Origin: Squalus acanthias
Lineage: Eukaryota
Direction of reading: 5' to 3'
Length of the DNA: 64,000 nucleotides
Assembly (NCBI GenBank): GCA_030390025.1
Contig: CM059430.1
Span: 4,526,001 to 4,590,000, forward strand
Below are positions 13,386 to 25,197 of the stretch, piece by piece. Position numbers and translations under genes: made by a program. How positions within the stretch are numbered: the stretch's first letter is position 1; every line of letters begins with the position of its first letter. The notes beneath the pieces are model-generated. The model saw only the letters and a program-made list of their open reading frames with translations, did not search any database and was not told the origin of the DNA.

Positions 13386-15267
13386 AAGAAATTATTTCCA
13401 TGCTGCATTTTATTTTAACAATTACAAAATGTAAGCAAAGTAATGAGTTTCTGTACCAAATTATGTATACAATATAATATCTCATTTAGGGATTGACATC
13501 ACCATAGAGACAATTAATACTAATCATAAAAGTGCACATTTTTTGTTGCCCTTTTAAAATTATTCTATTTATATTTTAATATGATTACCTATATGACTAG
13601 GACTGTGCATTACCTTTTGAACCTCTGTATTACAGTGAAATTATAATTTGCTGCTTTTAAATATAATGATATTAATTGTTTGATTAAAATAGCAACCATT
13701 AAATAAATTCTTGCAATTCAAGCTGATTTGAATGATGCTGTTTATTCCCCAAATGAAATCGTAAAACAGAACGAATCACCAGTATATCTGTAATTAAGCT
13801 CGTGCAACTCGGGGAGAATTGACTTGTTCAATATAGTTTGTATTCAGCTTTTATGCTACAATATTTTTATTCAAGTCTTTTCCACAGTATATTTTTTATC
13901 CACATTTCTGCAATATTATAGTTAACTAATGTCCAAAACTCATGCTGAGATATTCTGGGTATTAAATTAAATAAATCAAAAATGTAATTAATGGTGGGAG
14001 GTGCTCATTCTGTGGGGCACTTATTGGCTATTACTTACCTGACACAGCCTATTATCTTGTAGTAGTGATAGATAAGAAACCAAGCTAACAGGATTTCAAA
14101 CGCCAAATAGTAAATCTATACAACATTTATGGAGATGTTATAGATCCCAGTGTCTCTACAAATTATCATTGAACTGCTAAAAAGAGATGAATATAAATGT
14201 ATTGAATTCAGCACTATGACTACAGTGTTTAATCTTCACAAAGTTTTAACATGTACAAATTTTTAAACACACGAAGCTCAGCTTCTGAAACCATCCATAA
14301 TATCTGCTCAATGTTCGACCTCAGTACTGAGATCGACCACCATTACAAGATAACTTTCAACAACCACGCTCATTTTTATTTGATGCTAATTGTATAAATT
14401 GTTGATTGAAACTGCACCTCGACAGCGATATTATTAAACAGACTGTGCAGTGAGAGATTGCGAAAAATTAGCAATATGATAAAAAACTGATATTGATTAA
14501 ATGTGATTTACCTTCACTCAAGAATCAGTATTTTGGCATCGAAAAAGGTGAAACAAAACATCAATAAAAACTGAAAATACCAGAAAAGCAGGTCTTATTT
14601 GTTTTTATTTGAACATCGGCAGTTTTTTTTTAAACCTGTAAAACAAAGCTTCCAACAACTTCAAATGTACTCAAGCAACAATTGGCATATTATTTCAAAC
14701 TGTAGCAAATCAAATACCATTTTATTCACTGAATAATTTATAGCAATTGGATAACACAGTAGTGAAGGTGTGTTTTTCGCATGGCAATAGTTGTGGATTG
14801 AGTTCTAGCAGCGACCGAGGGTTGTGGCTCACCAGCCAATGCCTGTTATAAGCTTCATCAGCTCCAACTCAAGCTGCTTCAGTGGCTGGTGTATCCCACC
14901 AACCAATACGTGTGATGAACTCTGTCAGTTCTCACCCAGGCTGCTACAGTAGCTGATATCTCCCACCATGGGGAAAAATAAAACATTCACTTGATTCCGC
15001 CCAATGGAAAATATACTTCCTGTCATGGGATTCATGGCAGGCCACCAGTGCGAGAAGGTGCGGAGCGACCGGCAGCTAATTTGGCTGCCAGCCAGCTGCA
15101 GAAAGGATATATGTACAGCTGAATGACGGTGAAGCAGGAGGGAATAAAAGAGGAAAACCAACAACAAAGCGCAGAGAGAAAATGCGGATAAAGAATATAA
15201 TAAAATAAACAAAGTACAACCTAAATAAAGAATAATGCTGTTATCTGTTACGAAATTAAAGTATCAA

Positions 15268-15956
15268 TGGCCTCGATTTTTAATTCACCCAACTTGGGGG
15301 AAACCAGGCAGTTAAAATGGAGTGGGAGACTTAACCGCGCTTTTCTCGCTCCGACATGACCGACTTTAAATTGCAGGCGGCAATGACACTCATCCCAAGC
15401 CAAAGGGGTCCTCTTTGAAATTGCAGATCAGGCTGTAATGACATCATCGGGGCCCGATCTGCAATTTTAACCCGAGGCCTGTGCGGGGGGGGGGGGGGGG
15501 GGCAAGGGGGCAATGGTGGCTTCCCTGCCAGGCCAAAGCAGCTGGGAGCTGGATCGAGGGTCAGGTGAGGTAAGTTTTACATTGGTTTTAAGCTTCCATG
15601 TGGAACAGGAGGAGCAAGTGTGCTGCTCTGGGTGCCACATGGTAACCGTGGGCTTCCCTAGCCACGGGCTTCCTGCCCCTCCCCCTATCTCTCTGAACAC
15701 ACACCCCCCACTCCACCCCACCACTTCCCTGACCGCAGAGGACAATTTCCATGGGTCTTCAGAGGCGGCCTCCTGCCGCCCAAATTCCCACTCCCGCCCG
15801 CCAGCCAGGCAGTGACTCCTGCTGGGTTCGGGCGGGAGTCCAAGCCTGAATATTTAAATGAAGCCCGGCAGTCAAAAGCTCTCCGGGCCTCGGCACGCGA
15901 GTTTGTAACTCACCCTGCACTCCCTCCCCCAACCCCCCGACTTAAAATCCAGGCCC
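15268..15956. mobile_element. Non-autonomous DNA transposon (MITE, probably PIF/Harbinger-type)
   Basis: Imperfect TIRs tggcctcgatttttaa / cttaaaatccaggccc. GC- and CpG-rich interior with sharp boundaries against AT-rich flanks. Confidence 0.7.
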
Positions 15957-16099
15957 ATGTCTATAGGCCTGGGGGAGGGTTGCAAAGCTGATGTGCAAAT
16001 GAAATACTGAGAGTGTTTCTGATGTAATGGTGTATTTTGATACAAATAACATAATAATAGCTGCGTGTCAGGACAAACAAACCAAAACATTTGCTGAAC

Positions 16100-16387
16100 A
16101 CTTTGTGAGCCATACACCTTTAAATCCTGTGTGAAATCGTGATTTAGGGGATGACTCCGACAATAAAATAGCCTCAGAATCTCTGAGCTGGGGATGGAAA
16201 AGCAGAAGTGGCTCCTATTCATTATTTAGTTGGAACTGCACGTGTGTGGATGTTGAATGAAGACAGGGTCGAGGTCAGAGTCAGAGCTTAGCTGTGTTGG
16301 TCCCTATGGTCGGATGCACTGTGCAGGCTCACACACAGTGAATGACCACTTTGGAGAGGGCAGTTGCCACCTGTAGAGCCATACCTT
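16100..16387 (+). mobile_element. Old SINE copy (same family as 24405-24670 and 34330-34622)
   Basis: Shares blocks such as gtgtgtggatgttg, aggctcacac..gaatgaccac and gagccatac with the reverse complement of the other two copies. Confidence 0.5.
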
Positions 16388-16592
16388 AGTATGAGCTATA
16401 GCCTTCAGGAGACAACAGGAAAGGAGGAAACAATTGGAGGGCAACGTGAAGAAATAAAAAGAAAACAGTACCAGGCAGCAGCAATATAGAAAACAGCCAA
16501 GAACGTCGACAAAAGTAAATGAATAAAACCTCAAAGGGAAAAAGGAACTAATTTGATAGCTTAGGTATTGGATGAATTCTCATCAAATACAC

Positions 16593-17231
16593 TGGCTCCA
16601 ATATTGCTCGTCTCCTTGCCTGGACATTGGACAGATGGAGCACTCCATCAGTCCAGGTTTCAAAGTGCCATGGCCCTGTCACATCCCTGGCAGAGGCCTA
16701 TTCCTTCACAGAGCCTTGCTGGGAACACAGGCACTGATGCAGGCTTGAGACATCCGTGACTGCAGGCCTGGCCATGGGTCTTGGGGCTTTCTGGCCGCTG
16801 TTGGAGAACAGCAGACAGAAGGCCTCCAGGTCCAAAGATCAGATAGATCCCTGCAAAAAAAATGTAAGACTTACCCGTTGGGCCTTCTGTGACTTGCTGC
16901 CTGGCTTCCTCAGATCCTTTGATCTGAGGGGTCCCAGATGGAACAGACACTGCCAGCTTCTTTGAGTGCCCCTGTGCGTTGGTACTCTTCGGTCACAGGA
17001 GAAGGACAGTGAGAGGAGAGATTCAGGAATCCCCCCTGTGATGTCTCATTTCCGTGAGCATGCTTGAACTGTGCCCCCAGGGCTGCAACCTTTGTGGAAG
17101 TCCCAGAAATTTCAGGACAATGTCGAGGGGACGGAGACCTGATGTACTCAGTCTCTGCCCCTCCTTTTCCTTTCCATTGTGCCTTGGAAATGAACGTTTC
17201 CCAGGTACAAGGGAGACGAATATTGGGGCTA
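16593..17231. mobile_element. MITE-like element with about 30-bp imperfect TIRs
   Basis: Left end tggctccaatattgctcgtctccttgcctgg matches the reverse complement of the right end, tagccccaatattcgtctcccttgtacctgg. Confidence 0.7.
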
Positions 17232-17915
17232 CCATGTAGTTATTTCATCAAACCACCAAAAGATGGCAGTTAGACAAACCGGAAGTGCTGAAACGCTCCA
17301 AAGTACAAAAACAACAATATTCTACCAGTAACCATTTTTATGTTGCCACAAGTTAAATTCTCTCTGCTGTCTCTAGTAGTTCTCGAAATGGTTAGGACAT
17401 GACTCACCGCAACTTTATTACTAAGACAGATTTTGATGTAAATTCTCTCGTCTGAGTATTAGAACTAAAATACTGGTGAATGGAAACAAATGAACCATGT
17501 CAAACAGCTACATTTATTACAGCAAAAAAGATACTAAGCAATGAAAAGTGCACTTTTATCGATTTCAGTACGATATTAAGAGGCCTGAGTATTCTATGGG
17601 GCATCTGGGTTTAAAATACTGAAGCCTGCAGAATAAGGGACAGGCATGCCAAGCTTTTTTTGATGCAAAAAGTGCTGTAGCTCTGAAGTAGGGGTGTGGA
17701 ATTTGGGGCAGAAGGCAGAATTGCCGGAGATACGCCTGTTCTAAAATGCACGCTAAATTCCCAGAGAGTTGGCAGCTGGCTCATGAAGGCCAAAGATACA
17801 GTCCCATAAATTCTGCCATTTACACCAGAATTGCACCTGACTTAAGTTCAGCCTATAGAAAAGAGGTTACCTGCATGACTTGTCAAACCAGCAAGTGGTT
17901 GAGTTCACAGACTTT

Positions 17916-18657
17916 GGGCTGGATTTTGATACTGGGGCGGGTTGGGGTCGTGTCATCCACTTTTCGTGTTATCCACCCGACTGCAATTGGATGTGGGAGA
18001 TTGATGCGATTTTCACCTAATTGGGCAATTGAGTTCCAGCATGTGGGAACCCATGAACCAATTAGTGTTTTCAGTCTGAAAGTCGCCTCTGATGATGTCA
18101 TCATTGCTGCTGCATTGAAGGTCTGCAAAGACTGCCTGGCCTTTGCTGTGAGAGGACCTGGATGCAAAATGAGCAGCAGCAGCCCTAAGTCTGCTCCCAG
18201 ATATTTTTGCACCACCATTCCCAGATATGTCTCCCATCCACCACCACTCCCAGATATGTCTCCCATCCACCACCACTCCCAGATATGTGTCCCATCCGCC
18301 AGCCAGCCAGCCAACCAAATGTGTGCCTGCCTGCTAGATAGTCAGCTATCCAAATGTGCTCCCGCCAGGTTTCACATTCGTGGTTCAGAACAGGCGTGCT
18401 TCACATAGAAAAAGGGTTAAAATCACAAAGGCCTTTCAAAATGGCATTATAGAGACAATTTAGTGCTTGTTAAGGGTCTTAACAGCCTATCCCGCCTCTT
18501 AGAGGTGGGACAGAGTCGGGACCAGCAGACATGATTTAATGAAAATTGCGTGGAGGCGGGATGGAGGCGGGCTTGTGCCCGCCCACCAGTTTTCGCAATT
18601 TTAACCCCCCCCACACGCCTCCAAACCCACCTCCACGGGTCAATGAAAATCCAGCCC
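17916..18657. mobile_element. MITE nested in the Harbinger remnant
   Basis: Perfect 12-bp TIR gggctggatttt ... aaaatccagccc. Internal blocks resemble those of 15268-15956. Confidence 0.8.
18210..18297. repeat. 29-bp minisatellite, 3 copies
   Basis: caccacca(c/t)tcccagatatgt(c/g)tcccatc repeated at 18210, 18239 and 18268. Confidence 0.9.
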
Positions 18658-18886
18658 ATAGAATATTCACAAAATTTGTCTGAAACATCCGGTTTGACAA
18701 AAGTGATTAGAAATATCTTTTCTCATCTCTGCAACTAAGAAGGTACTGTGCATACGGCAGGGAAATCTTTTTGTTTCCCACCCTTCTATCTTGGAGTCCT
18801 TACTAAGTGGTTCACTATGGGCATTGCGTATATGTCCTGATGATGGAGGCAGAACAGGAGCAGGAGGAAGAGGAAATGACAGGTTA

Positions 18887-19045
18887 AGACTGCACCGAAG
18901 GCGGTACCCTTCTACCAGAGTCTACAGATTACACGACTCCTTCAATGATGTCTCAGAAGAGGACATAGGACTACTAAGGAGACAATGGTTCAGTAACAAG
19001 GCATAGAAGAAACTTGGTCTCCCATTACAAACTGACCTCTGGACA
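18887..19045 (+). pseudogene. Harbinger transposase (HARBI1-like) N-terminal remnant
   Basis: RLHRRRYPSTRVYRLHDSFNDVSEED...RRQWFSNKA resembles the RRRYP..RVYR...SF.D.SEE...RR..F N-terminus of Harbinger transposases. A stop follows and no DDE core is visible. Confidence 0.6.
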
Positions 19046-19984
19046 ACGTCTCAAACACAAAAGACATAGAAGAGATTTAATTCAGAACTTCTTATCACAG
19101 CTGGGTTTACTGTGCATCATGCCTATCCCAAGTGCCTCTCTGTGCTGTTCTTAAACCTATCCTGGTGGGGTGATACCTAAGGCCAGTGATACTAGTGATG
19201 CTTGGGTGCACTGTGGTATTATGGACTTCTTGGGACCAAGGTGGTCCTCATTTCAGGGATTCTGAGTCCAGGAAGACTCTTCAGCAGGCTCTCTTGCCAC
19301 TGCAAGCATGTGGGCCGCCTGGTCCTGTATCCTGGCACCTACATGAGTAGGCATCTGAGGGAGCTGCCTGGAAAGCTCACATCAGCTGTCAGCTGGAGAG
19401 AGGAGGGCATCTTGAAGGTGGATTCTGCCTACACCACATGTGCAGGGAACGGTTCTGATTCTCAGTGCCCACCGACCTGCAAACCTTGAGAGATGTTGGC
19501 CCAAAGCTCTTGGAAGCCACTTTCCATTATTTTTCCAATCTCTGAAGCCTGTGATCAAAGCATTGAACTTTGGATGCATTGACTAGTCTGGAGGCCTCTA
19601 TTTTACATGGACACTTGCAGGTGTTTGTGATACCACCACCTGCTCTAGATAGTGATTCATTGTGCTGAATCCTTCTCTGATATTGATACTGAGGATAGCA
19701 TTGGACTTCACCATGATACCTACGACTTATCTCAGGTCTCAGGTCCTGGGTCAGATGTTCCTCAGTGCCTCCATGTGAGTGTAATGTTCATCACGCATCC
19801 TTTTCTTTTTAAGAGCAGGACCCTAGAAATCTGAGTCCACAGACTTGAGAGTCAGGCCCTATCAGATTCTACTTCTGCCTCTGATGCCTCTGGCACTGTG
19901 AGGGTCATGAATGAAGGAATACCATATATATACTGTATATATAAAGAGACAGCAAGGAAGGGTCAGGGAACAGGTAGCATAACT

Positions 19985-20200
19985 TAGCTACTCTGGTGAG
20001 ATCATTAAACTTCTTGCACAGCAAAGAATGCATGGGTTCTAGGAGGTGGCACTCACTGCCACAGCCATCTCCCTCCATAAAGTGTGTTTCACATTCTTGC
20101 AGGTCTCCGGATTCCACCCCCAACCAGATTGTCTTTCCTGCTTCATATCTCCATTACGAGGACATGCAGGTTTGGCTCCAGGAAGTTTGCCACTCATTTC
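19985..20200 (-). pseudogene. Harbinger Myb/SANT-like DNA-binding protein remnant
   Basis: Two frames join to give LWREMAVAVSATS...CKKFNDLTRVAK, matching the W..(I/V)A..VS......C.KKFNDL trihelix/Myb-SANT signature. Frameshifted. Confidence 0.65.
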
Positions 20201-21477
20201 TTCAAGCTGGCTGCCATCCTTCTCTCTCAGGTTACCTTCTTCCTGCAGTACTGCCACTGCCCCTTTAAGCAGCAGTCGTTTTAAAAAAATCCTGCTCCAC
20301 TGTCTCTGCCTCTCCTCTAGGTATTTTCCAGCTCCCCCCTCATGACTCCCGCCTCCATAGCAGTCTTCCATTTCCATCACAAGCGTATCGGAGGTGTTGC
20401 AGGCTGTACATCCTGCACGCGTTTTCGTATTTAAATGATCTGACTCGGCAATTTACAGCAGGATCACGCTGTAGGTGGGTAGAATTTCCACTCTGCCTTA
20501 CTTCTGATGGCCCCATTGCATCATCGGATTTCCAGGCCTTAATACCTAAATTCCAATTGTTTTCAATGAGAGGAGAGGAGATACTGAAAAATAATCATGG
20601 TTGTCGGGTTTTGAAGCAACTGAAACATTGATTTTCCATAGTCTTCAGAGAAGCAGGCTGTAAAACCATCCCATGCGAGACCCTTTTTCAAACAGCCTGA
20701 ATGACCTGCAATGCTCTCCATTCAAATCAATGGGGCTTCCATTTATGTAACTTTTGTCATGCTGGTGGTGTGATGATATCACTAGTAGGTATGCGGTGCA
20801 TTCAGGAAAGGTTTATTGACTGTCTTTTTCAATGCAACAGGATATTTAGTACCTTTGGACCCAATCCCATGAACTTAGAACAAAAAAAAGCTCCAAATCC
20901 GCCACTATTGGAATCCATGCAAGATGACAACTGAGAACACCAACACGTGTGTCTGTAATAATATGTACGGACGCACAACCAGATTGGTCTTATTTCCTTC
21001 TCCACATCATGTATTTATACACCATTAACGCTACGCCTAAAAGCAACCATTGCAGTACATACTTGATCTATTTTCACATATTTTAAATTCAGTGATTTAG
21101 AAAGTTATCAGTACCACCTTTATTCATATGGTCACATAGTATTGGCGAGTTTCAGTTTGTTTATTTTTTCCCCGTCTTTCAGTGAGTCAACCTTCAACCT
21201 TTGGAACTTTTTTATTCCCATGACCAAACCAGCTTCGGTAACTATCAGAAAGTATGTTCAGAAAATGTTATCCTTCACATTCACCCAGATCCAAATAACA
21301 GAAACATGGGTTTCTAAAGACTTTTTACAGCTCCCATCCCCAGTCGATTCATTTTTTCCACTTCTACTATTCTGATATTGAATATTACCAGGCTAAATAT
21401 TTCACTTTAACAGTTGGCAAAACCGAGCAGACATTAACTGTTCTGTCAAATTTGTTTGTTTATTGACATATTGGTTT

Positions 21478-21590
21478 TACATGGAATTTTACAGCACAGA
21501 AACAGGCCATTCGGCCCAACAGGTCTGTGCCGGTGTTCATTCTCCCCACGAGCCTCCTCCCACCCTACTTCATCTCACCCTATCAACAAT
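21478..21590 (-). mobile_element. CR1 3' UTR fragment
   Basis: tacagcacagaaacaggccattcggcccaac is the reverse complement of the CR1 3' UTR seen at 27880-27905. Confidence 0.8.
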
Positions 21591-22854
21591 TTTGTTGCTG
21601 TAAAATGTTATTAACTTCTGCTGCACTTGATAGCCTAGAAGCAGTGCAACCGATTCTAAGGATGATTTATTCGTTAATCATTTCTGTTTGGTGCAAAAAT
21701 ATTTACAGCGCCCTGGCAGTATTTCCTTCTTATTGCATCCCTCTCGAAATATTCAAATTTTGAAGAAACGTCAACGTCGTAAGTGTGGTTTATAGAATGC
21801 GAAACACATTTAAAACAGCCTCTGTATTTCAACGCTGCCACCAACAGCAGCCCTGACATCAGCAACAGTGCTGTGACGTACGCAAAGTGGCACAACTGTC
21901 ACCAGAGGGTCAGAGAATCCGCCTTCTCACCTGCCATTTAGAGGCAACACGGTCACTGGCAGCGGACGTATACGATGCAAGTGTAAATGCCAACGCAGAC
22001 CATTTGTTTCTGCTTACACGTGGACTGAGCCCTCCGTCTGCTTGTACAGCCAAGCAGTAGAGTTTTAGATTTGCCGGCCTACACTGACCTTTTTGCTTCC
22101 ATCATTTTCGAACTGCTGCGCACGTCGGAAGATTCCATGCGCACAGCTGTGTTGTGTCGCTGCCCGTGTTGCACCGCAGTGCAAATGGGCCAAATTGCAG
22201 AGGACTGTAAGGCCCAGCAGATTGCAGAACACTTCTGCTCGAAGTTTGTTCTTTAAATATAAAGGCAGCCTCAAAAAAGGTCAGCACTTCCCTGGACGAA
22301 GCAGTGGATTACCATATAGGCCCTGTGCTGTAAATTTAAGTCGGTCAGAAATAAACCAAAAAGGTTCAGGGCTTAGAGCATTGCTTTCTGCAGAATGCAG
22401 CAGCTGTAATGGGATCTGCCATAAATTCAAAAGCTGCGGAGCTGCAAGGGGTTTGGAAAAGGTTTATTTAACCTGACTCCAGCCCTCAATCCAGAAGTTT
22501 GAGATCACTCTCAGGGTGGAAAGCTCAACGGTTAATTTTTGGAGGGAAGCTTTGTTCCGCGGGCCTTTAAAAACTGCAGTACCGACATCAACAGCTTCAG
22601 ATTGCTGTGCTTTCGTCGTTCGGCCTTTGCCAAATCCACTCAAGCACCGGCTCAAATAATGTACATTTGAGGAAGGGTTTATACCTGAAACGTCAACTGA
22701 CTTGCGTTTTCTCAACTGATACTGTACGACCTGCTGAGAGTCTCTGGCGTTGTCTGGTTTTGTTGCTAAAGCAAGTAACCTGCTCATTTCCCTGATAAAT
22801 CTCGAAATGAGCACAGCCAATATGTACAGTGATTTCAACAGGTGAAAGTCACAT

Positions 22855-23157
22855 TTGATACGTTGCAGGAAAGGATGCACCAGAGCATGGTACATCGGCG
22901 AGACCATGCAGACACTGAGACAACGTATGAACGGACACCGCGCAACAATCGCCAGGCAGGATGGTTGCCTCCCAGTCAGGGAACACTTCAGCAGTCAAGG
23001 ACATTCAGCCTCGGATCTGCGGGTTAGCGTTCTCCAAGGCGGCCTTCGAGACACACGACAACGCAAAATCATCGAGCAGAAACTGATAGCCAAGTTCCGC
23101 ACCCATGAGGACGGCCTCAACAGGGATCTCGGGTTCATGTCACGCTACAGAACGTGA
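22855..23157 (+). CDS. Penelope-like GIY-YIG endonuclease domain (truncated TE ORF, no RT)
   Basis: LIRCRKGC..AWYIGET..TLRQRMNGHR...PV.EHF...H......VL......RQRKIIEQKLI..F.T...GLN matches the PLE GIY-YIG pattern, including the CCHH residues. The frame is uninterrupted. Confidence 0.9.
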   Translation: MIRCRKGCTRAWYIGETMQTLRQRMNGHRATIARQDGCLPVREHFSSQGHSASDLRVSVLQGGLRDTRQRKIIEQKLIAKFRTHEDGLNRDLGFMSRYRT

Positions 23158-23383
23158 CTCGACGTCGTTGTCTGTTTTTCCAGTTTTTAAAAAAAAAGTT
23201 AAAAGCTTAACTGCAGACGGCAGCATTTGACACGTTGGACCCCCTGTGACCCACCTCATTGTCTTAGCTGGACTCTGATGTGTCTTTGATGTAATGCCTC
23301 CCTAACAGATTGTATCTCTGCAGACACATTGTTCTCTGTCTATATATACTTTGTAATCGATTTGTATTCCCTCACTGTACCTG

Positions 23384-23418
23384 TACCTGAAGAAGAAGCA
23401 GCGCTCCGAAAGCTCGTA
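23384..23418 (+). ncRNA. Minimal type I hammerhead ribozyme motif (copy 1)
   Basis: UAC-CUGAAGA-A-GAAGC-agc-GCUCC-GAAA-GC-UC-GUA. Core boxes are intact, stem II has one mismatch, helix I is UAC/GUA, and the stem III region is palindromic AGCU. Confidence 0.7.
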
Positions 23419-24313
23419 ATTTTAAATAAAACTGTTGGACTATAACCTGGTGTTGTGCGACTTCTCATTTTTGATATGGGGACAGTCCAGTTATTCTAAA
23501 CTTTCAGTTACAGATTTCAACCGCCGTTTGTTGAACATCGGATCCACTCCAACATGTGAAACAATACCACAGTGACCAACCACCGTAACAAATACACTTG
23601 CAACATTAATTTAGTTAACTGTCCATTGTAAGAATATTGAACTCAGAATAGGAAACATTGGAGCAATTTTTACCATGTGAAAATGGTACTGTGTATAATT
23701 AGTGCTGAATAAACATTAGGGTTGCTTAATTCTGCACAATTACTAAGAATATAAAACTGTGTTTCAGTTGGAATCAATGAGGAAATAACGTGTTCAACTT
23801 TTGATTCACCGCCCTGCAGACTTCACGTTGTTGCAGTGAGATGTTGAGTCAGGGACTGGTAGAACTCCAGGGTGAAACATACCAGGTCATATTTCCTCTT
23901 CTGTGCACCGAGTTGCTCAATCTGTGGGCTTCTCTTTTACCATCCCAAATCGACAACTTTGAAACTGTCAAACTGTAGCTAAAATGTCAAGTTAGCAACT
24001 CAAGGGCCATTGATGAAGTTGTAATCTGATAACTCAATATGAAATCATAACAAAAAAAAACCAGTAACTATATATAATGAATTGTGTCAAATGAAAGTGG
24101 GTTCAAGTACAATCACTTGGGAAGAATTTTATGAAACCAAAAATTGGTATTCAGATAATTTCGAACAAATAGCTTCAGATTTGCATTTGCCAAAAAGAAA
24201 TGAGAAAAGAAAGTGTTAAAAATATAAGGCGATAATACAGATGGATGTAGCTTCTGAATATGGTCACTTAGGGTCTGGTATTCTGAACACGTGTAGCAAT
24301 AATAGCTTCCCTG

Positions 24314-24372
24314 CCACCCCACCACCCCCGCCACCCCCACCACTCCCGCCACCCCCGCTGCCCCCCCCACTG
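24314..24372. repeat. C-rich low-complexity repeat with a 9-nt period (ccacccccg-like)
   Basis: gccaccccaccacccccgccacccccaccactcccgccacccccg seen directly. G-quadruplex-prone on the minus strand. Confidence 0.8.
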
Positions 24373-24404
24373 CCCTCCCTGCTCTCGTAAAAGGCACTTT
24401 TTCC

Positions 24405-24670
24405 TGGTTCTATAGGCACCAGCCACCCTCCACCACTCCCAGCCATTCTTCATGTGCGAGCCTCGACACTCAGCATTGGGCAGCTGCTCCACCACTCGGC
24501 CCATCTTAGCTGAGCCTGATTCTACCCACACACACACGTCCAGCAGGAGTCATTCGTTAGTAATCAGGAGGGGAATTTCCCTTCCTAGCCCAGTGATGTT
24601 GACGGCACTCGCGGCACCCTTGCTACTGTGCTGCCTGACTCAACAGAGGGTTGAACCTGGTTCACACTGC
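24405..24670 (-). mobile_element. Old SINE copy
   Basis: ccattcttcat..., ccagcagg, atcaggag.gg and cctagcccag blocks are collinear with 34340-34520. Confidence 0.55.
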
Positions 24671-24737
24671 GCAGTTTTTTAATATTATTCATTCTTGGGA
24701 TGTGGGTGTCGCTGGCAAAGCCAGCACTTACTTGAAG

Positions 24738-25057
24738 TGTTAGCCTTGGCTCAGTGGTAGCACTCTTGCCTCTCAGTCAGAAGGTCGTGGGTTCAAACCC
24801 CACTCCAGACATTTGAGCACAGACATTGTCAGAGGCGCTATCTATCAGATGGGACTTTAAACCATTGCTCTCTCAGATGGATGTAAAAGATCCTATGACA
24901 ATATTTGAGGAGCCCTCCCAGTGTCCTGGCCAACAGTACTCCCTCAAGCAACACCACTGGCTAGTCATCTCATTGATGTCTGTGGGACTTTGCTATGTGT
25001 AAACTGGCTGCCACATTTGCTTAAAAATTATTACTGTGCTTCAAAAGTAGTTCATTT
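24738..25057 (+). mobile_element. Degenerate SacSINE1/DeuSINE-type tRNA-derived SINE
   Basis: A box tggctcagtgg and B box ggttcaaaccc. The body is collinear with 60395-60860 but has internal deletions. Confidence 0.85.
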
Positions 25058-25197
25058 ATAAAAACATAGAGATTGCCTTATGCAACAGTACACTGAGTTA
25101 ACCAATAAATACCTATGAATAGTAAGTAAAGCTACAGTATATATCAAAAGAGAATGAAGCCAGCCAAGAGAAGGAAACAATGGGCAATACTGGCATT

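Larger units (their letters stand above)
17581..20539. mobile_element. Decayed two-gene PIF/Harbinger transposon (boundaries approximate)
   Basis: Contains a transposase-like remnant (+) and a Myb/SANT-like remnant (-) in convergent orientation. Candidate termini aggcctg (17581) and caggcct followed by taa (20533-20542). Confidence 0.55.
22855..23473 (+). mobile_element. 5'-truncated Penelope-like retroelement (GIY-YIG end plus terminal repeat)
   Basis: GIY-YIG ORF followed by a non-coding segment homologous to 27345-27655, ending at the same nucleotide (cttctcatttttg). Confidence 0.9.

Noticed and set aside
17746-18408. Longest ORF (220 aa) as a host gene
   Set aside because: It runs across a MITE boundary and a 29-bp minisatellite and has no recognisable domain. 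It is a chance ORF in GC-rich repeat DNA.
22464-22907. 147-aa minus-strand ORF
   Set aside because: It begins antisense within the Penelope fragment and has no recognisable motif or splice support.
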